Below are positions 10,874 to 24,539 of a stretch of DNA of 64,000 bases, one piece after another. Numbering within the stretch: the first letter of the stretch is position 1; each line of letters starts with the position of its first letter. Location of the stretch: the NCBI GenBank assembly GCA_965649825.1, contig OZ287707.1, forward strand, positions 674,292 to 738,291, in the 5' to 3' direction. Source of the DNA: Penicillus capitatus. Taxonomy: Eukaryota; Plantae; Chlorophyta. The notes under the pieces are model-generated. The model was given only the letters and a program-made list of their open reading frames with translations. It searched no databases and had not been told where the DNA came from. A program made the position numbers and the translations under genes.

Positions 10874-12315
10874 ATGCATATGTATGGGACGACCCCAAGC
10901 GAACGATTCCAACAGTCATCAAACATCGCGATCTCTCTCATGCCCAGTCCATCTAAAAGAGTCAGAATACACAATGCTGAGCTGAACGGTGACGCAGATG
11001 CCATCGAATTAGACATGCTGCAGCGCGGAATGGGCATCGCGTTAAGTGGACGGGGATGGGCCGTCGTGTGTTGGCAGAAGGGAGATGGGAGTGGTGACGA
11101 CGAGGAAGAGCTTTGCAGGATGTTTGCCATTGTTCCGGATGGGCGGGCATTTCTGTCGTACTTGCCAGATTCAGGCCACGCGATTTTGGCATTCGTATAA
11201 GATTTTTGGTGACTTCATGGAAAACACTACCGTCGATGCCATGACAGACGAAACTTCGGAGAATTCTTCTTCTCACGATGTTTCTTCGCTTAGCGACATG
11301 CCAGTCATGATTTACAATGCTGTACGTCCACTGCATTCGCCAAGTCGTCTTCATTTCTCTGAGCGTGTGTCTGCGCTGTCACAGACACCCTTCGTCGAAG
11401 ACAACGTGCAGCGACAACTCATTGCCTTAAATGGCCCGTCCTCGCATGTCTGCCTCGGCATGTCCCTGCACGGCCAGATGCATTGCAGTTCAGGTCGCGT
11501 TGTTGGCGCCAAGCGGAACGCCACGGAAGCTCAAGAATGGTTGTGTGGAGTACATCGATTTTGAGACGGGGCAACGCACGCGGGTAGCAGGAGACCGTTG
11601 CATTGCTCTGCTGTCCTCTCTGGAATCTCTGATCGATCCTGCTCTGACAGACGATGAACCTGTCGACAACGAAGCGGCATTGCGGGCACTTCTTGATGAG
11701 CTGGATACCAAGAAAGAAAGCCGTCACGTACCGGAGGATGGAGCACTGCGCACGTCGACTGTTCTGAATCGCACGCGCCTTACGGCGCCGCCAACACAGC
11801 AACTCGATGCGAAAATGGTGGATAAGATGTCGACGGATCCACAGACGCCGCACAAACGGACGCGAATGGGAGAGAACGTTCGTCCTCGGGCAGCGGCGCC
11901 CAAGACGCAAAGCGAAGAACTCTTCATGCGACACTACCAGAATTTCTGCGTCCTGGATGATGTTCTGCACAGAACCAGTGGGCAGCGTGGTTTCTCAGGA
12001 CATGGTGAAAAGGTGCGCGTGGAGATGAAGTCCTTGGAAGATGGCTACAAGTCCGTGCGTTCTGATACGGCAGTTTCACTCTTATGAGTGTGGCTTGTGG
12101 ATGATAGATGGCGTAAGTACGGCAGAAAGGAAGTCAAGGGCAACACGTATCCGAGAAACTACTTCAAATGCACGTTTCCAAATTGCATGTGCAGAAAACG
12201 CGTCGAACGGAATCCTGAGAATCCTCGAATGCTGATTGCCACCTACGAAGGCAGACATATCCATCCGCCGCCGTTTCTCTCACAGACAGCGACATCTTTA
12301 ACACGTGATCGCTGA
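10874..12315 (+). CDS. WRKY transcription factor (single domain, WRKYGRK variant, C-X4-C-X23-H-X-H finger)
   Basis: LEDGYK|WRKYGRKEVKGNTYPRNYFKCTFPNCMCRKRVERNPENPRMLIATYEGRHIHP. The 5' exons and start codon are uncertain. Confidence 0.9.
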
Positions 12316-12561
12316 TGCATAATCGACATGGATTGGGTACACAGGAGACAGAGCAAAGGGTGTATTGCATGCTGGCGGGGCATTCTTTCATAGGAAAAGC
12401 AAAATGAAAGGACCTTGGGGGTGCGATTCTTTCTGCTGTTTGATTCGGTTCTGAGCGATTGGCAAACATCATCTTTCTGTGATTGGGAACTAGGTTGAAG
12501 CGAGAGAGTGTGTTGTTAATGATCTGTAAAGCTGTTTGTGTACAGAATCGCGTCATCATGA

Positions 12562-13367
12562 CTAATGACGTCGATGTCGGCGTCCGGCAGGAGATAAGTT
12601 TGATCTCACTCTTCGATGTGGAGACCGTGATCGGCGATGTCTCTCTGTACAAGGCTCCCTAGATGATCGTCTCTTCTCTTCTCTGCGATGTCTTTTCCTC
12701 TCTTTCTTCTCTCTGTCTTTTTTCTTTCGCTTTCCTTCTCTCGTCGATTCGATAGATGTGCGAAGGGGAGTTTGATTCGGGGGTCTTCTTTGAGGGGCGT
12801 TCTCGGCAATGCCGACCCCTTCCAGCACTTCGTGTGTCGTGGATGTGGCCAGCGCCAAAGCGGTACGGCGAAATCCCAAACCTCTTGGACCCAGATCTTC
12901 CGTCTCCTGTGCATCGCCATCTTCCTTCTCCCGTCTCTTCAGCAGTTCGTCCACTTCATACCTTTCCACAACACACATCCATCTTTCTCCTATCGCCGAA
13001 GGGGGAGGTGCATCACACTTCTGCAGTTTCTTGCCAAAGTCGGTTGTCTCCCTTTTCGTTGCTTTCTTGATTCCCAGCGCCTCGAGCATCAATTCTTCCT
13101 CCCGCTGCTTCACAGCCTTGACCTCCTCCTCCAATTCTTCAAAGCGATTTTTGAGAAGGGGTATGGAAAGACAACGCCCTTACTGGAAGCATGTTGCCCC
13201 TTATCTCTGGCATACCAGTACGGGTCCTTGTTTTTCTGCCAGTGTCCGACGAGCGCTTTCACGGAGTGTCCCAAATAGAACTCGCGATCTTTGTCGCCTT
13301 TGACAGACTCCCAGCTGAATTGGTCGCGCCCACCACGGGAGCCCTCGCGAATTGGTCCGTCGTACAT
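12562..13367 (-). CDS. MMTAG2 (multiple myeloma tumour-associated protein 2)-like protein
   Basis: [48 protein letters not shown], then [10 protein letters not shown] and a K/R-rich tail; two introns. Confidence 0.9.
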
Positions 13368-13523
13368 GATGCCGTTTGATGTGCCAGCGCGTGATTCGAC
13401 ATCTGCGAGAAGCTCCACACGGCAGGCGAGACAATGTCCAAGTCCCAACCTCGTAAGACGGCGTCCTCTTCCTGTCCCATCTCTCCTCCTCTCTCACTCG
13501 ACTTTCATTGCGTCTTAGTAAAA

Positions 13524-14606
13524 ATGCTGACTGGGAAGGTCGCTGTGGTCTCGGGAGTCAGCACACCTCTTACTGCTCTCCTGTGTCTGAAGCTCGTGAG
13601 ACGTGGTGCTCGGTTGTTGATGATAGACGGAACGACAGCGCGACCTTGTGCACGAAACATGAACCTGTTGTGGGCAGGGCTTGACGCGAACTATGCTCAA
13701 GAGAACGAAACGGATCTGTGGGGTACTCAACCAATTGCTGCTCCGTTCACAAGGAATCGAGATGATCATCACGGAGAAGAGATTGTCGAATGCTGTTTGG
13801 AATTCTTTGGAAAACGTCCAGATATCGTCGTGGATGTGGAAAGAAGTTTCGAGATGAAGGATGTTCAAGAGATCTTTCCACTTTTGCCACAGCACTGTCG
13901 ACTATGTGTTCAGTCTATCGATCCAGACAGTCTACAGAGTGAGCATTGGCCGGAAGCTCGTCATAGAGAGAATGTCTGTCCTACGGCAGTGTGCCAAAGC
14001 ATCTCTCTGTTTGGCACATGTTCTGTGGAGCTGCTAGAGGCCCTCAGTCCACAACCAGAGTGGCGAGAACTGTGTCAGAAGGTGTGTTTGTCGCCGTCTG
14101 CCTCCGCGATGCTCTGCAAGACAGACGATCCGATCCAGTTCCTGACGTATGTGCTCCACGATGGGACATTGAGTCGAGCGGAGGATTTCAAGGTCTTGCT
14201 GGGTGATGTGACAGATCCTGAGGAATGGAGTTCTGCTTTGCGGATGGAGAGTGTTGCTCTGGCATCTCTGTGCAAACAGACATCCACTGCAGAAAACTTG
14301 TTCAGAGAGGTCGTACCCTGTCCACCGACGCCGTCGGAATTGGAGGCGACGAATGGCTGCATGAGCAGCAGTCCTTCCGACCTGTTCAACAACAGCAATG
14401 CCACCTTCGATGCTATCTTACAGAAATCAAAGGATTACCCCATAGACTGGTGTGAAGGAGGATCTGAGTGCTTCATTGCTATGGACGATATCAATTTCAA
14501 AGTCATGACGCGTGCAGTGATTAACTATACTGTTAGATGGCTCGTTCTGGGTTACTTAGTCATTGGCTTTGCCGTTCCCAAGGCTCTGGGCTGGGATGGA
14601 CCATGA
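13524..14606 (+). CDS. Divergent SDR-like Rossmann-fold protein with C-terminal TM helix, function unknown
   Basis: Intronless ORF starting MLTGKVAVVSGVSTPLTALLCLKLVRRGARLLMID (SDR beta1-alphaA-beta2 pattern without GxxxGxG). C-terminal hydrophobic WLVLGYLVIGFAVPKALG. Confidence 0.55.
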   Translation: MLTGKVAVVSGVSTPLTALLCLKLVRRGARLLMIDGTTARPCARNMNLLWAGLDANYAQENETDLWGTQPIAAPFTRNRDDHHGEEIVECCLEFFGKRPDIVVDVERSFEMKDVQEIFPLLPQHCRLCVQSIDPDSLQSEHWPEARHRENVCPTAVCQSISLFGTCSVELLEALSPQPEWRELCQKVCLSPSASAMLCKTDDPIQFLTYVLHDGTLSRAEDFKVLLGDVTDPEEWSSALRMESVALASLCKQTSTAENLFREVVPCPPTPSELEATNGCMSSSPSDLFNNSNATFDAILQKSKDYPIDWCEGGSECFIAMDDINFKVMTRAVINYTVRWLVLGYLVIGFAVPKALGWDGP

Positions 14607-15074
14607 AATCCCTGTCAAATCACACAACCTGCTCCAACAAGAATCTAGAGGACAGTGACGATCATTTTTGCTGTTGGACTGAGCTGATCAATCACTTCAA
14701 TAGAGATAGATCACATAAGCATTCGTTTCTGTTGTGAACGTCACCATCAAAGCGTCCGAGGCAATGGAGGATTCATGGCTGGATCTGGGTCGGTACAGAG
14801 ATTGGGAATTTCGGTTTGTGACATGAGTGCACAGTTATCGTAACTATATTCATTTCTAGCGTCCATTTCTTGAACACATCTGCATCTATTCGAACACGAA
14901 AAGTTCTTTGATTAAGGGACATTGCTTTGACTCCTGTTTGTTAATATCAGTGTCTTTCTCTGCAACATTCGATTGACGGCATTGCACATGTACCAGCAGA
15001 CAAGGGCAAGATCTTTTTACAGAACCATAAGACACATACAGGAAAGCCCGTCTCCCAATCCATCATATAAAGTA

Positions 15075-15984
15075 TCAAACCATAGCAGGTGTCTGTAGTC
15101 GAGTCGACGTCGATTCAGTTGTGACCTCCTCGCGTATCGCCTGGATGAGTGCAGCAATATCATGCAATTGTTTTTCTTTTGGAATGTGGTGAAACTGTGG
15201 AACGTGAACGAACAAGCAATACCATTTTGGCTGTTCCAGAAGCTGTGCTTGTCTCAAAGAGCGAAAGTAAATCCAGTTGCAGATGTAACGGCCAGCATCG
15301 AAGGATTTCTTTAGATGCACGTTTCTCTGGGACAGTCTCTCTACGTGACCATCACACATAACGTGTGGCAATCATATGATAGACATACCGAGCACTCCAT
15401 CTATGTTCAATTTGGAGACAATCGCCTCGTCGTAAGGAACGGCATTATCGATGTATTGATACATGAACTGGCAGCCATCTTCATCGGGACTCAAGAAAGA
15501 GGCATTGTTGACTGCTTGACTCTGTTAGCACAGGTTCTCACACATCACACAATCGCCCGGCATGATGTGACGTACCTCCAAAGAGATTTCTTTGGCCCCG
15601 GGATCAACTCCAAGGTGAATCTAAAGACGCGAGACGGAAATGACGGAGAGGCGAGGTGGAGAGAGACGCACCCAAACGACGGTCTGGTCCATAAGGTCCT
15701 GAGCAACCGCTTTGGCTGTTTTGGCCAGATAGACATCGCAGGCATCTGCCGAGACCTTAAGAGTGGAGCACTCGAACAGGCAGCCTCCATCTACAGCGTT
15801 GCTTTGCAGTATGAGAGGCGAATGTGCTCAGTCGTTGTGCGAGACCTCTTTCGCAGCGATTCTTCCAGTAATGCGGCAAAGTATTTGCTATTTCTTCCGT
15901 TGGGTTCTCGGCGACCCCATGGAAACGAGAGAAGCCTGTTATGACGAATTTCACCTCGTCCTCACATTTTGGAAGCGATCCCAT
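15075..15984 (-). CDS. Pyroglutamyl-peptidase I (peptidase C15)
   Basis: VKFVITGFSRFHGVAENPTE, IHLGVD...ISLE, SFDAGRYICNWIYFRSL (catalytic Cys), LFVHVP (His); four GT-AG introns. Confidence 0.92.
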
Positions 15985-16033
15985 GGGTCAAAACTCCTGA
16001 TGCAGTCAAACAACGGCACGAATGATGATCTAA

Positions 16034-17644
<1,611 letters not shown>

Positions 17645-17680
17645 CATGCCATGCTGCTTAAGACGAGACGTGTCTTTCGT

Positions 17681-18490
17681 CTATATGATTTTCTTCCTCG
17701 TGAAGAACCGCCTTAAATACCACACTTGCCCAACGGTGATCGCCACACAAACCAACACACAAAGCAAACTCAGCGTCGTCACTCTTGTGTTTGTTGCCTC
17801 TAAAGCAGACAGACAGCGTCTTTCTCTACTGAGTGAACAGGTGAGCAGGTTTTGTTTGTTCGTGCCTGTGATTTCTCGCATCTTGTTCTCGGTGATGCGG
17901 ATCTCTTTGAGTTCATCGTTCAGCGCTTTGATTGTTCGTGTGAACCGTTGCATGTATGCATCGATCTCATCCAGATGCTCCTTCTTGGCAATGACATCCC
18001 AGTCAAACGACGCCGGTCCCATACGCCATTCCAATTTCAGCTTGACACGCGAAGCTATGGCATTGCCTAGATGCCACCCCGTACACTGAGAGCTTCCTCT
18101 CTTTATGCCTTGGCGTACTGGGGACATTAAAGCAGGCTTTGTAGTCGCCCTGATACTGCGCTTTGAATGTCACATTGCCATAATCTGCCGATCCATCATA
18201 CACGGAATTGCCACGAGGATCTTCGATCTGAACAGCCTCGAGAGAGGGCCGAGAATGGCTGAAGGCATCACCATTACTCTGGTCTGAACCGCACGGTTCG
18301 CATCCTGTTTGTCGTATGTCCTGTACTCCAACTCCACTTGCGTATTCCGCAAAATCTCTTCGCTGATGCATTTCGTCATAAAGAGCATATTGAACTCGAC
18401 AGCCTCGACGCCATGAGCAAGCACGGTTAGAAGGACACAGACGAAAAGGCACAAGGCCTCGCGACGAATCTTCTCGCGAGACACACGCAT
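17681..18490 (-). CDS. p24/emp24/gp25L (TMED, delta-like) cargo receptor
   Basis: Signal peptide, TKCISEEI, GOLD domain (GDYKACF), coiled coil REIT|EATNTRV, TM helix and YLRRFFTRKKII dilysine tail. Confidence 0.93.
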
Positions 18491-18548
18491 GTTTGTTCGT
18501 TCACTCGTGCATACACGGAGATGATCGTTCTTCAAAATTGTGCGGAAA

Positions 18549-20142
18549 ATGAACCCAACGAGTGAAGCGTTGGAGCGTTTTCGGAGCATCACCGGCGCTA
18601 ACGAAGAAACTGCCCGTCGATGTTTGACGGCAAGGAACGGCAGCGTCGAGGCCGCTGTCGAGATGTACTATACGTCAGGTAGATGCTCAGCAACAAAGAG
18701 ATGCGTCATGCGGTGCGTGCTCAGCAGAGGAGTTCCGAGAACAGCGACCTGAAGAGCCAGCCCCGCCGCGAAATCCGCAACCACCTGATGTACAGGCTGG
18801 GGGCGGTGTCATTCGTGCCGTATCGACTCTCGTTGCCACCGTCGTTTCATCTCCATTTCGAGCACTGCGGGCAGGTTGAGTGCAGGGCCGGCCATATGAT
18901 AATGGATGGTGGTATCATTAAGTGTGTTTGTTCGTTCAGCTGCGGCCTATTCTCTGAGGGATCCTGATGAGAGGCTCCTCGCTCATGACTTTATTCGAGC
19001 CTTTGAGTATCATTACGGTGAATGGCATCCGGATTTTGTCGAGTTGGGATGGAAGGAGGCAACGCAACAGGCGGAACGCCAATCCAAATTCCTCTTTGTC
19101 TATATCCATTCTCCAGAACACGAAGTCCCTTCACCGCTGCCCCGATGACATCTCCATTCTTTCCTGTCTGCAGGATACAGATGCCTTTTGTCGTCAGGTC
19201 TTATCATCTGCTCCCGTTGTGACATTCCTGAATCAAAATTTCGTGTGCTGGGGTGGATCCATTCACCGTACACCTGCCTTCTTGGTATGTGATAACACAA
19301 GGGAGCCTGTTAGAGATATGTTGTGCTTGGTGAGGACAGTTGGCGAACAACACCGGAGCAACCACCTACCCTTTCATGTGTTTGCTGGGGCACATCGGAG
19401 CACAGGTTACCGTGATTTCATCGGTACAAGGCAAAGTGGCAGGGCCGCAGTTAATAAACGTCCTGCAGCAGTCTTTGGATGAACAAGGGGCGGTCTTGAC
19501 TGCCCAAAGAGCAGAAAGACGTCAACAGGCATGCCGTCCATACGCTGAATCCATGGTCGATGTTTCGTTCGTGGTTTTCAGGAAATGGACCGTCAGCTGA
19601 GACAGGATCAAGATCTAGAGTTCCAACGTGCATTGGAGGCCGATCGAGAACGGGATCGAAAAAATCGTGAGGCGGCTGCAGCACAGGCAGCGCGAGAAGA
19701 GGCCGCTCGGGTACGTGCCGAAGAGGAACGACTGGCACAGGAAGCAGAGGAGCAACGAAAGAAAGATCAACAGGAGGCCATTGTCAGGCGCCGCAGAGAA
19801 AAGCTGTCGGCTCTCAAAGCAGAGCCTGAACAGACGGGCAACATCACTCAGATTCGCGTCCGACTTCCAGATGGAAGCACACACAATAGGAAATTCCTTG
19901 AAACAGATAAGGCACGATGCATCCCTCTCACATACATGAATGCGTCTTGTCACGTCCTTGACATCTAGGTTCAAGATGTGTATGACTTTGTGGATGCCTT
20001 AGAGAGTTTGCATTGTTGGGACTATACATTAGCCAGTTCCTATCCTAAAATCGAGTTCGCTTCTGACACCAGAGATAAGAGTCTGCTGGAAATGGGAGTG
20101 GAGCACAGTGCCACACTACTTGTCCAGTCTCACGATGACTGA
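18549..20142 (+). CDS. UBA-like plus UAS plus UBX domain protein (PUX10/FAF2-like)
   Basis: ALERFRSITG...AAVEMYY; FIRAFEYHYGEWHPDF...KFLFVYIHSPEH; LRQDQDLEFQRALEADRE; IRVRLPDG...RKFLETDK|VQDVYDFVD...LASSYPK. Two GC-AG introns. Confidence 0.93.
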
Positions 20143-20741
20143 GTTCTGTACGAGCATCTTCTGTCGTTTTTCCGTGAGAGGGCGTGCTTAATTCTGTAGT
20201 AGAGGTCCAACAAACGCATTGTTACTTACGCTTGCACAAGATTCTTAATGTCAAAAAATGCATCAATCACAAAAACGCATGAACTCGACAGCAAAGGGCA
20301 GACATTAAAATCCATGGGGCAGAAGTCCAACTACCGTGCTCTCTGACGCACCTTCTCGTACTCGACACTGTTTTATTGCATGGATGATCTGTCACACGAA
20401 ATGACACAGAAGATGTTAGCTTGTGTTCATAAGCTGAAACGTACCATAAAGGATCATCAATGTCCATAAAGAAGACCACTGAATGTTACTCGATTTCACG
20501 CACACACGAATAAAAACAAGATACAACAGATCGATTTACTGCATGAAAGAATAAAAAGAAGTTTATAAAACGATCAGCATAGAAAGCCGCTTTGCCTGAT
20601 GCCAGAGTCGCTCACATGAGACAGTTAGTAATGGATCCTGATGGCAGTCATGTTTCAGACGGGGTTCTGACAGTCGCTGGCTGTCATCATGCCCAACATG
20701 ACAGAAATGCCGGATCCAGTCAGAAGGTGGTAGGTACTACT

Positions 20742-23033
20742 TTAGACAGATCCATAGTTAAACTCATAGACACGCTGCATATCATGGAAGCCACGAGGGG
20801 ATGTTTGTGGCTCGATCTTCGAATTCATGAAACTAGACATTCTAGAAAAGGCCGCCGTCGAACAAAAACACGCATTCACTGCCTCACCTCTTGTTGGATT
20901 CATCTTCCTGAAGGGGCAATGCATGGTGCATCGCTGGTTGTTGTTGCCCTGGAACATTCAAAGGGGAAGTGGAATTGGCAGAAGAGGAGTGAGCAGAAAT
21001 CCATTCACTATCGTAGGCATTTTGTCCATTCACACCATTAGGAACATTATTGGCCAAAGCAATCATCATCGAATTCGGCAGTGGCATTGTGGGAATGGCT
21101 TTGTTCAAAGGCATTCCTCGGGCGGAATCTCCTGGGAAAGCGCCATTTGGAGTCATCAAGGATTCCATCGTGTCAGAAGCACCGCAGCCATCGCGATCGT
21201 TCATCAAAGCGGAAGATGCAATAGGAAGGCGTCCATCAGCACCCATCTCCTAACACACACACTCCTGTCAGATGCACCCAATAGAATCACAGCGAAGTTA
21301 GTAGCACTTGCTTCCCTCCAAGCGACTGCTGGAGACGATTCAAGAGCATTCCGATGACGCGTCTATTGGCAAGCAGCTGAGATTCGACCTGGCGATATTC
21401 AGAGACGTAACGACGCATTTCCATCTTCAGCGTAATCAGTTCACCCTCCATGTGCCTAAACACACAGCCCAGTCATGTTTGGTGTCATTGTAAGTGAGTG
21501 ATGGTGATAATGATGATGCAATGACCTGATCCGTGCGCTGTCCTCCTCGATCTGATATCTGAGAGGATCCATTCCGCTGAGCTTGGATTTCATTTTCAAC
21601 ACTTCGTCCATGATTCTTTCGGAATCGAAGCTGAGTTGACTGAAGCTTGTCTTCATGCGTTTATAGTCGACTCCCATAGGAGGCCTTGTAGGATCGCCCG
21701 ATTTCTGTGATGGCGCGGAGTTCTGAAAATCCCAATGCATTCCATCAGCACTGTCATTCTCTCGAGTTCGTTTCCCATAACCGCTTCCCAACTCTTCTTG
21801 GTCCATATTGAGTGTAAAACGGTGTTTTCTTTGTTGTTGTACAGGATCGTGCAGGATCTCTGGTTGCATAGATGAAGCGCTCTTGTTGGATTTTTTGCTT
21901 CTTCTAGAAGAGACCTGGGCGAAGTGCCTATTGACAGAAGCCAGGCCAACAGCAGCGTTAAACTCATAAACAGATGTCGGGGCCGGCACAGATCTATTAT
22001 TCATAGTCGATCGGATGCTTTCCGCTTCGCCAAAGGGAGCATGCGAACAACGCTGCTTCTGGCAGGACCCAAAAACTGCCGTCTGTGTGAAACTGGTCGA
22101 CTTTCCAGATGACTTCTCTTCACTCTGGGCACTTGAGCCCGGACTACAACTTCGTCCTTCGCATGACATCTTTTCGTCTTTGGCGTCATGCCAAGGCTCC
22201 TGGAGAAGAAGAGAAATCGATTAGAAAGGCATCTTAACAGGCGTCAGGTACACAGACTTCACAGATACATGCTTCAATGCCAGCAGAGACCATGACTGTT
22301 TCGTTGCTTTTTTGATCCAACACTTCCACATCGACCAGACAAGGACACAACCCCAGCGTTGATAAATTGTGTCGAATCACTGATTTGCACGCAGCAAATC
22401 TCAAACAAAAGGCCGAACGATGCACAGCGGATACCTGTGAACATGTATTGGTTGTCTGCTCCGTATCTGTTCCTGTCCAAGTTTGTTGTGTATTGTGTCC
22501 CTTCGATGTCTGTCAGGTAGTGTTTCTTCAGCTCATCAGACACTCTAGACCAACACACAACGGCCATTGGCTTTCTGTTGATCATCATGTATCGTGTTTC
22601 GCAGCACCTGTGTGTGCCACAAGCCAGGTTTACGACTTTGGTATGACGTGTGTCCTGCGAAAGAATCTTAAGGACGTTTCTTTGCGTGGGGCAATGCAAA
22701 GCTTCGACTTCTTGAAGAATACTCATAACCTATGTTCATTTCACATCTCGCACAGTTTCGCATCGCATTATCGAGACAGACTTGCAAAAAAGCTGCAGTG
22801 ACACTGGCACAGGCATCTGTCTCATTGACCTTGTAGATAGGTGAGCTCGGTACTGGATAATGTTGCCAGCGAAAATAGGCTTTGTATCTAGACCACATAA
22901 CCCTTAGGCAAAAACACAGAAGAGCGGGAAAACCGTACAGTAGTTGATTGTTGGTCGGACGAGTACGTACAGTTGCTCGTTCATCAGCCGTTCTGCCCAT
23001 CTTAGCAGCGGTCATAGATGGGTGACTATGCAT
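20742..23033 (-). CDS. Hypothetical multi-exon protein, largely low-complexity (M/P/N/S-rich)
   Basis: Long collinear ORFs 21456-22169 and 20884-21246 plus 5' exons with GT-AG boundaries. No family recognised; ends approximate. Confidence 0.5.
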
Positions 23034-23725
23034 GGTATCAGCAGATACTCAGAAACGAAATGGACTGGATTCCAATCACGCACCAGCGTCACTATCATAC
23101 ACAAACAACGCGTCAGTTAGCCGTCCTTCGCGTTTCGTTGGTGTTGGTGAAAATGGCAAACATCTACATCGTGAAAAACAAACGAATATGAGGCGCGCAT
23201 CGCAGACCGGTACGTGCGAAGCAGCTTCATCCTGTCGCTGCTGGCACAGACCCGGCGCTGGCCAGCGCACAAGCCGAGTTCCATCGCCGACCGCGAGCAA
23301 TTCGTGTCGGCATTTGAGACGAAACGACGACGGGTCTGTACCCTAACACACGTCGCGATAGCGTTCGGTCCAGAAATTTGCACGCCTGTCGTAAATGCCG
23401 TTCGTTGAGGGACATGCGCTGACGCGTGTTGTTTGACGCAGGCAGGCGAGTTCACGGACCTTTTGTTTCGGACCGTTCTCCGAAACTCGTTTCCGAGACC
23501 AATGCGACCCAACGAAAAAACACGCACGTAGGACCCAGTTGCCGACGGAGAACAGTGGATAGGCGTTCGTCAAATAATCAGTCCAGTCAGTCAGCACGCA
23601 CTGCCTTGCGATATGAGCCAGACCGTAAGAGCCGAGCAGAAGTGCAAATGGCACTGTACGACAAACGCAAACGCCGCCATTGTTGAGCCACAATTTGAAG
23701 ACGCAACGCGCAGACCGGCACCAAC

Positions 23726-24456
23726 ATGATCATCTACAAAGACATCCTAAGCGGTACGCATACGCGACTCTTCATCCAATCTCCATCCCAGACGCGCCGC
23801 GCTGTCTAGGCGATGAGCTCTTTTCCGATTCCTACGCTATGAATGAAGTGGAGGATGGATTCTTCTATGAAGTCGAAGGGAAAGTGAGAGATACTTGATA
23901 TGGGGAATAGGGGAAAGCACGATGGTATGCTGCATGGTAGTGGGTTGTCGTCGGTGAGCAGGAAGTTGACATCGGAGCGAATCCTTCGGCAGAAGGAGGA
24001 GACGAAGAAGGAGTGGATGACTCGTCAAGGAGAGTGGTGGATCTAGTGGACGCTTCACGTTTGCAAGTGAGAGGTCTTGGTTGAAGATGGAAGCTAACCG
24101 GAAGCTGTCTATTCTATCAGGAGCAGCCGGCTTATACCAAGAAGGACTTCATGGCTTACGTAAAGCCATGGCTCGGAAAGGTCCTCGAAAAACTCCCGGA
24201 TGAGAAAAAAGACGAGTTTAAGGCAAAATCACAACCGGCGGTTAAGTTTCTCCTAGGAAAGATCAAAGACTTGCAATTGTGAGTGCCGTGATGTCCTGTC
24301 TCGATACTGGATGCATGAATGCGTGTATGTTTGTGCAGCTTCACGGGCGAGTCGATGGACGTCGAAGGAACATTGGTCTATGCTTATTACAAAGAGGGAG
24401 CCGCCAATCCAACGTTCCTCTTTCCAGTCTACGCCCTGGAAGAGATGAAGTGCTAA
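23726..24456 (+). CDS. TCTP: Translationally controlled tumour protein
   Basis: MIIYKDILS|GDELFSDSY...YEVEGK|WVV...[10 protein letters not shown]...[11 protein letters not shown]|[17 protein letters not shown]...IKDLQF|[10 protein letters not shown]...ALEEMKC; four introns. Confidence 0.97.
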
Positions 24457-24539
24457 GCTGTTCGGCGAACAGGACTCTGCAAGAAGTTGTTTCGTGCAAC
24501 GGTTGACAGTTCTTGAAAACCGTTTAGCTGAACTCGATG

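Noticed and set aside
22274-23033. ARID-like motif (ELKKHYL) in the hypothetical gene
   Set aside because: After splicing, the GG..V...W core of ARID is absent, so the resemblance is too weak.
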